In this document: piece after piece, positions 59,477 through 64,000 of the stretch
How positions within the stretch are numbered: position 1 is the first letter of the stretch
Layout of the letters: the number at the start of each line of letters is the position of its first letter
Assembly: GCA_021787535.1 (NCBI GenBank)
Contig: JAJYLR010000001.1
Location: forward strand, 492,321 to 556,320
Direction of reading: 5' to 3'
Length of the DNA: 64,000 nucleotides
Source: a bacterium
GTDB lineage: Bacteria > Patescibacteriota > CPR2 > UBA1875 > JAJYID01
The notes under the pieces: generated by a model
Database searches by the model: none
What the model saw: only the letters and a program-made list of their open reading frames with translations
Told to the model about the DNA's origin: nothing
Translations under genes and position numbers: made by a program

Positions 59477-60184
59477 CTACTTGCGATGCCCAATAAATGA
59501 AAGGTTGGGTATCGACTCCTCGGCTTCCTCCACACCATCTATAACCAGATTCTCCTGTGTCCCTACTACAGCACCGCATTTTATGCAGAAACTGGTATAG
59601 ATGTGTTTATACCCTGAGGTTGCAGGAGGGGTAACCAAAGGACCTGCTTGCCCAACTGCCTCAAGCTGGCCTCCCACAAGACGCATTTTCCCGCGGCGTC
59701 TAGGCTGACAACTCTCAACCGTATAGATGGAACCGGTTTTCTCAACTTTCGAACGGCATGGTTTTCCGTCAATGTGTCCTCCACAGAGTGGTTTCATATT
59801 CTCGGGTTTGCCTTGCTGATAGCAAGCACCCCAGAGGTATGAAGGCCGAAATGCCTCGGCATAGGTCAGTATGTCTTGAGGCGGCCTACCCGCAATGCAT
59901 ACAACATTCTCAACTCCTCTACCATTGCCGAATGTGTGATCAGCCGGAAGACTAATCGAGATCTCAGGCAAATCAAACTCGATGTACATCCCTTGCGCTT
60001 TCACAAGTAGAGACTGCCTGAAAGTCTGTAATTGTACTGTCCCCCCCTTCCCGCTAGATAAACCAAAGAGTTTAAAAGATCTGAGATGCCGGCAAGCATG
60101 ACATGACCCAAGCAATGGATAAGGATTCCCTTCTCTGTCAGCGGATTTGTAATAACTTTCTGCTGTGACACTAGTATCGTCCAT
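59477..60184 (-). CDS. hypothetical Cys-containing protein (235 aa), moderately GC-elevated (~48%)
   Basis: only long ORF in any frame here; Cys pairs (CHAC, CIKCG); no family recognised. Confidence 0.35.
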   Translation of the reverse strand: MDDTSVTAESYYKSADREGNPYPLLGSCHACRHLRSFKLFGLSSGKGGTVQLQTFRQSLLVKAQGMYIEFDLPEISISLPADHTFGNGRGVENVVCIAGRPPQDILTYAEAFRPSYLWGACYQQGKPENMKPLCGGHIDGKPCRSKVEKTGSIYTVESCQPRRRGKMRLVGGQLEAVGQAGPLVTPPATSGYKHIYTSFCIKCGAVVGTQENLVIDGVEEAEESIPNLSFIGHRK

Positions 60185-60193
60185 GATATCTCC

Positions 60194-60556
60194 TTAATCT
60201 TCGGCTGTCAGTAAAAAATCGAGGTCAAGTGATACAGTTGCCAGCAAGGCGTCTTGATAATTTTTGACTCCCGAAAGACAAATAAAACCCGGATGGCTAA
60301 AATCAGGATCCTCGTCGTGATTGTTAAAATATATCACGCTTCCGGTCGACGTTTGGCAAAGGTAAACATCATGACGGTCTTTTAGCTTAAAAACTCTTCT
60401 TTCTCCCAAAAAAGTACAAAATCGACATCCGCTATCCGGACCTCCGCATTTGATTTTCTCTACAGGGAAAAAATCTTTTTTCAAAAGTCCCATCGTATCC
60501 CCTCTCTCAATCTTGAGTAGTTCATTTGAAAAGTTGCACATAAAAAAGGAGGCCAC
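60194..60556 (-). CDS. hypothetical Cys-containing protein (120 aa)
   Basis: GTG start with GGGAGG SD; CGGPDSGCRFC motif; no family recognised. Confidence 0.3.
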   Translation of the reverse strand: MASFFMCNFSNELLKIERGDTMGLLKKDFFPVEKIKCGGPDSGCRFCTFLGERRVFKLKDRHDVYLCQTSTGSVIYFNNHDEDPDFSHPGFICLSGVKNYQDALLATVSLDLDFLLTAED

Positions 60557-60684
60557 CCCTCCCTTTTATGAATTTATTTAAATCAAATTTACCACAAACT
60601 TTTTCAAGGTGTCAAATCTGTCCCATTGAAATATGGAATTTCGCTCAATTCGTCAGTTAAACTTGTCAAAACAAGATAAAATTT

Positions 60685-61164
60685 CTACTCTAAAATCGGG
60701 TGTTTTTTGACAAAGTTATGATTTTTCCACCACTTTTCGAGACCTAAATATTGTCCGGCGCCGACTGAAGCCAGGGTCAGTAAAACAAGGATGTAAATGA
60801 TGTGTTCGTCAATGAATGGATTAGTTTTGATTGGCATCACGCTAAGCCAGATTAGAAACATCAACACTGATCCCACGTAAGCAGACAGTTTCATATGAGT
60901 ACCAAGCAAAAACCCAATTCCCGCAAAAAGCAGTCCCAGTATGAAAAGCCAGTCAACCAAGGGATTGCCTGCCATACTATGAAATGTAGAAGCAAATGGT
61001 CCATGAACGCTCTTTAAATACCCGGCTGTAGGCGAAACCCCATCGATCCATGCCTTGCCGGCTTTGGTAGCATACCCCAAGCCAAATATTTTATCCAGCC
61101 CAGCCCAGAAAAGTATCCACCCTATTGCGATCCTTAAAAGTCCGAATAAATATTCTTTTTTCAT
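60685..61164 (-). CDS. DoxX-family integral membrane protein
   Basis: 4 TM helices, LLRIAIGWILFWAGLDKI DoxX signature. Confidence 0.7.
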   Translation of the reverse strand: MKKEYLFGLLRIAIGWILFWAGLDKIFGLGYATKAGKAWIDGVSPTAGYLKSVHGPFASTFHSMAGNPLVDWLFILGLLFAGIGFLLGTHMKLSAYVGSVLMFLIWLSVMPIKTNPFIDEHIIYILVLLTLASVGAGQYLGLEKWWKNHNFVKKHPILE

Positions 61165-61263
61165 TTTTTACTCCTTTAACCCTTATTTGTAAGGATTTTA
61201 ATAAATCTAAGCTTATAATAGCTTAACATAAACATATTACAATACTTTTTTTGGATTTGAAAA

Positions 61264-61289
61264 GGGCCGGCGCGCATGCGCGCCGGCCC
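61264..61289 (-). terminator. GC-rich rho-independent terminator (26-bp perfect palindrome)
   Basis: GGGCCGGCGCGCATGCGCGCCGGCCC followed on minus strand by TTTTCAAATCCAAAAAAAG. Confidence 0.65.
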
Positions 61290-61326
61290 TTAGGCGAGAA
61301 TATGTTACTTTCTCACCTTGTTACTT

Positions 61327-61932
61327 TCAGCGAGTGTTGAAATGCTCCGCCAGTTTCGCGGTATCGATTTCAACAGATTCCACAGAGATTTTCACCCCAA
61401 GAAGCCCCGGAATCTCCATTGCCTTGCATACCCCATCGGCCTCTTCGACAACCGGTTTCACGATGAAGACGTAGCCGTGAGAGTGAGAAATCTCCACGGA
61501 AGTTCCCGCTTTGATCACCTCGCCAGTCGAGGAGATCAAATAAATCGGAGTCGCCCCGACCATGACCCGGGCCATCATTGCACCGCCTCTGCCCTCATGG
61601 CAGATATCCTGGTCCATGATGGCCGTCTTCACACTCTTCCTCGGCTTTCTCTGCCAAGGCTTTGTGGACTGCACTCCGAGAAGCATACACAGATCTTCGG
61701 CAGAATTGACCACCGTTGAACCGCCCTTCTTCTGGCCGGCCTTCGGCTTGAACAGCTCCAGTCCGACTCCATTTCTGCCGTTCAGTCTTGCAACCACCCT
61801 GGTGTTTAACTGGATTGGAGCACCAGTGTGGTTATTGATGAACATTTTCCCGGTCTTGCTGTTGCCGATCGTGAGACCGTCCGTGGGTACTACAAACCCA
61901 CGGATCTTGACATGCTTCGGGTTGTTGCTCAT
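61327..61932 (-). CDS. hypothetical protein (201 aa) in a 52-55% GC compositional island
   Basis: long ORF, strong GC3 bias unlike neighbours; no family recognised. Confidence 0.4.
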   Translation of the reverse strand: MSNNPKHVKIRGFVVPTDGLTIGNSKTGKMFINNHTGAPIQLNTRVVARLNGRNGVGLELFKPKAGQKKGGSTVVNSAEDLCMLLGVQSTKPWQRKPRKSVKTAIMDQDICHEGRGGAMMARVMVGATPIYLISSTGEVIKAGTSVEISHSHGYVFIVKPVVEEADGVCKAMEIPGLLGVKISVESVEIDTAKLAEHFNTR

Positions 61933-62029
61933 GACAACCTCCTGATTGCACGGCTAACCTTTTGTAGCCGAATAGAAAAGTCTAACATAAAATCTTCATG
62001 TTGTCAATGTTTTTATGCTTCAATTTGCG

Positions 62030-62064
62030 TAAAAATCAAAGAAACCCGCAAATTGCGGATTTCT
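62030..62064 (-). terminator. hairpin terminator-like element directly after rpsJ
   Basis: GAAAcCCGC-AAATT-GCGGaTTTC stem, T-rich on both sides. Confidence 0.4.
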
Positions 62065-62094
62065 TTTTCAGTCTCTAACCAAAGTTAGAATAAA

Positions 62095-62418
62095 TTACAT
62101 TTTAATTTCGATATTCACACATGATGGCAGAGAAAGTTCCATAAGAGTATCGATCGTCTTTGCTGTCGGTTCTGTGATGTCGATTAATCTCTTGTGAGTT
62201 CGCATTTCAAACTGCTCCCGAGAGTTTTTATCAATATTTGAAGCACGGTTCACCGTCATTGATTTTCTCTCGGTCGGAAGCGGGATAGGTCCATGAACTT
62301 GTGCTCCGCTTCTTTCCGCCGTCTCGATGATCTGTTTGGCTGACTGATCTATCAGCTTATGATCATAAGACTTTAGTTTGATGCGTATTCTTTGCTTTTC
62401 TTTTGTCTCTGTTGCCAT
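62095..62418 (-). CDS. rpsJ: 30S ribosomal protein S10
   Basis: [41 protein letters not shown]. Confidence 0.94.
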   Translation of the reverse strand: MATETKEKQRIRIKLKSYDHKLIDQSAKQIIETAERSGAQVHGPIPLPTERKSMTVNRASNIDKNSREQFEMRTHKRLIDITEPTAKTIDTLMELSLPSCVNIEIKM

Positions 62419-62442
62419 TTGTTAATGTGCTTAATATCTTTC

Positions 62443-63624
62443 TTATTTTGTAATCTTTGATACGACACCTGCTCCAACTGTTCGGCCGCCTTCACGGATA
62501 GCAAATCTAAGTCCTTCTTCGATAGCAACCGGCTGGATAAGTTTAACATTCATAGTGATCTCATCGCCGGGCATAACCATCTCTACCTTTTCAGGCAAGA
62601 TTACTTCACCAGTAACATCAGTGGTTCTGATGTAGAACTGCGGTTTGTAACCTTTGAAAAATGGAGTATGCCGTCCGCCTTCTTCTTTGGTCAAGATATA
62701 TGCTGATGCTTCAAACTCTGTGTGAGGTGTAATAGTACCCGGCTTTGCCAGAACTTGTCCTCTTTCAATACCGGTTTTCTCAACGCCTCGGAGAAGAACA
62801 CCTGCATTATCTCCGGCTTGGCCTGAATCAAGTGATTTCTTAAACATTTCAATACCGGTTACAGTTGTTTTTTTGGTCGGCTTTAGTCCAACCATTTCAA
62901 CTTCATCACCAACTTTGACCTGGCCTCTCTCGATTCTTCCTGTCGCAACAGTACCTCTTCCTTTGATAGAGAAAACATCTTCTACCGGCATAAGGAATGG
63001 CTTATCTATATCTCTTTTCGGTTCAGGAATATATGAGTCAAGAGCGTCCATCAGATCCATAATTGCTTTCTCTTGTGTCTCGTCGCCTTCAAGAGCTTTG
63101 AGAGCGCTTCCTCGAACAATAGGAATATCTTTTCCGGGGAATTCATATTTAGTCAAAAGCTCTCGGATTTCTTCCTCAACAAGATCAAGCATTTCAGGGT
63201 CATCAACCTGATCAACTTTGTTCATGAAAACTACAATGTAAGGCACACCAACTTGGCGGGCAAGCAGGATGTGCTCTCTGGTCTGAGGCATCGGTCCGTC
63301 AGCGGCTGAAACCACTAGGATAGCTCCGTCCATCTGAGCTGCGCCGGTAATCATGTTTTTCACATAGTCAGCATGTCCCGGACAGTCAACGTGAGCATAG
63401 TGCCTTTTATCTGTTTCATATTCAACATGAGCGGTAGCAATGGTAATACCACGTTCCCGCTCTTCCGGAGCATTGTCAATCTGGTCGAATTTCTTAACCT
63501 CAGCTTTTCCTTGCTTTCCAAGCACTGCCAAAATAGCCGCTGTCAAAGTAGTCTTGCCATGATCGACATGTCCGATAGTACCGACATTAATATGCGGTTT
63601 GGTTCTTTCAAATTTTTCTGCCAT
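62443..63624 (-). CDS. tuf: elongation factor Tu
   Basis: [27 protein letters not shown]-motifs. Confidence 0.96.
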   Translation of the reverse strand: MAEKFERTKPHINVGTIGHVDHGKTTLTAAILAVLGKQGKAEVKKFDQIDNAPEERERGITIATAHVEYETDKRHYAHVDCPGHADYVKNMITGAAQMDGAILVVSAADGPMPQTREHILLARQVGVPYIVVFMNKVDQVDDPEMLDLVEEEIRELLTKYEFPGKDIPIVRGSALKALEGDETQEKAIMDLMDALDSYIPEPKRDIDKPFLMPVEDVFSIKGRGTVATGRIERGQVKVGDEVEMVGLKPTKKTTVTGIEMFKKSLDSGQAGDNAGVLLRGVEKTGIERGQVLAKPGTITPHTEFEASAYILTKEEGGRHTPFFKGYKPQFYIRTTDVTGEVILPEKVEMVMPGDEITMNVKLIQPVAIEEGLRFAIREGGRTVGAGVVSKITK

Positions 63625-63746
63625 ATCGCGTCTCCTTTTTCCCTGCCGAGATTATCGAAAGCAGGTTTCCTTTATTTGTTATTTAATTTTTTATATAAGC
63701 TACCGGTATATTTTACTCTAGTTTTTTATTTTTTGCAAGCGGGTTT

Positions 63747-64000
63747 TTATTCTGTACTCCCTTTGCCTCGTTTTGATTTAATTTCCTCTGCAACATTACC
63801 CGGAACTTCTTCATAATGGTCGAATTCCATGGAATATGCCGCTCTGCCTTGAGACATAGACCTAAGTGTTGTTGCATAACCAAACATTTCCGCTAGCGGC
63901 ACATGCGCATCAATAATTTTAGAGCCCAGCCGATCTTCCATTTTCTGGATTCTGCCGCGTTTTGAGTTTATATCGCCCATGACATCTCCCATAAATTCTT
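63747..64000 (-). CDS. fusA: elongation factor G, C-terminal part (gene continues beyond window end)
   Basis: [36 protein letters not shown]-terminus; str-operon order fusA-tuf. Confidence 0.85.
   Translation of the reverse strand, partial: EFMGDVMGDINSKRGRIQKMEDRLGSKIIDAHVPLAEMFGYATTLRSMSQGRAAYSMEFDHYEEVPGNVAEEIKSKRGKGSTE

Noticed and set aside
60546-60660. 30-aa + strand ORF after an AAGGAGG motif
   Set aside because: SD-to-ATG spacing about 15 nt; the AAGGAGG is more plausibly the reverse-strand context of the 120-aa gene's GGGAGG SD.
61327-61932. Divergent ribosomal protein paralog (L3/L4-like) in the rpsJ-rplC gap
   Set aside because: Only a short KPWQRK-like resemblance to L4; no other conserved r-protein motifs; intact rplC and rplD are present nearby.
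1-64000. CRISPR arrays
   Set aside because: No regularly spaced direct repeats with unique spacers found; the recurring palindromic repeats are dispersed, not arrayed.

Overview
This is a low-GC (about 38%), gene-dense bacterial segment with signatures of a reduced CPR/Patescibacteria-like genome. These include a DUF5679 mini-protein, no rpmD (L30) between rpsE and rplO, r-proteins with lysine-rich or zinc-ribbon extensions, and many small hypothetical proteins.

Layout by position:
- 0-23 kb, mostly + strand: DUF5679 protein, tRNA-Glu, D,D-carboxypeptidase, a histidine-kinase/receiver pair, AspRS-type class IIb aaRS, scpA-SemiSWEET-scpB, rluB-like pseudouridine synthase, a second D,D-carboxypeptidase, der, a promoter-to-terminator GC-rich candidate ncRNA, pth, dprA, an HEXXH protein, topA, an HD protein, a sigma-70 region-4/HARE-HTH protein and a 1158-aa VirD4/TraD-like coupling-protein ATPase.
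- 23.5-33 kb, minus strand: a complete dcw cluster (mraZ, rsmH, ftsL, ftsI, murF, mraY, ftsW, murG, ftsQ).
- 33-38.6 kb: rplA, rplK, nusG, secE, a four-gene accessory block, then tRNA-Trp, rpmG, tRNA-Thr, a GIY-YIG protein, tRNA-Tyr and tRNA-Thr.
- 38.6-44 kb: a GH1 glycosidase, TPR protein, ricT/PSP1, holB, rluD and an RCK-domain membrane protein.
- 44-64 kb, minus strand: the ribosomal superoperon rpsI through rplC, then rpsJ, tuf and the 3' end of fusA.

Most notable observations:
- A 3.3-kb five-gene insertion separates rpsJ from rplC. It includes a 52-55% GC ORF, a DoxX membrane protein and Cys-containing unknowns, and is bounded by hairpin terminators.
- A family of short GTCATTC...GAATC/GAATGAC palindromic repeats occurs at least 12 times. 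Copies sit in frame inside pth and rluB, which resembles Rickettsia RPE elements.
- Three 23-nt tRNA 3'-end fragments (T-loop to CCA). Two lie about 150 nt downstream of their own tRNA, each next to a GCGGCTCARCCGC hairpin.
- A roughly 360-nt GC-rich candidate structured RNA sits between a TTGACA-N17-TATAAT promoter and an intrinsic terminator.
- Several genes have apparently leaderless promoters, with the -10 element 6-7 nt from the ATG.
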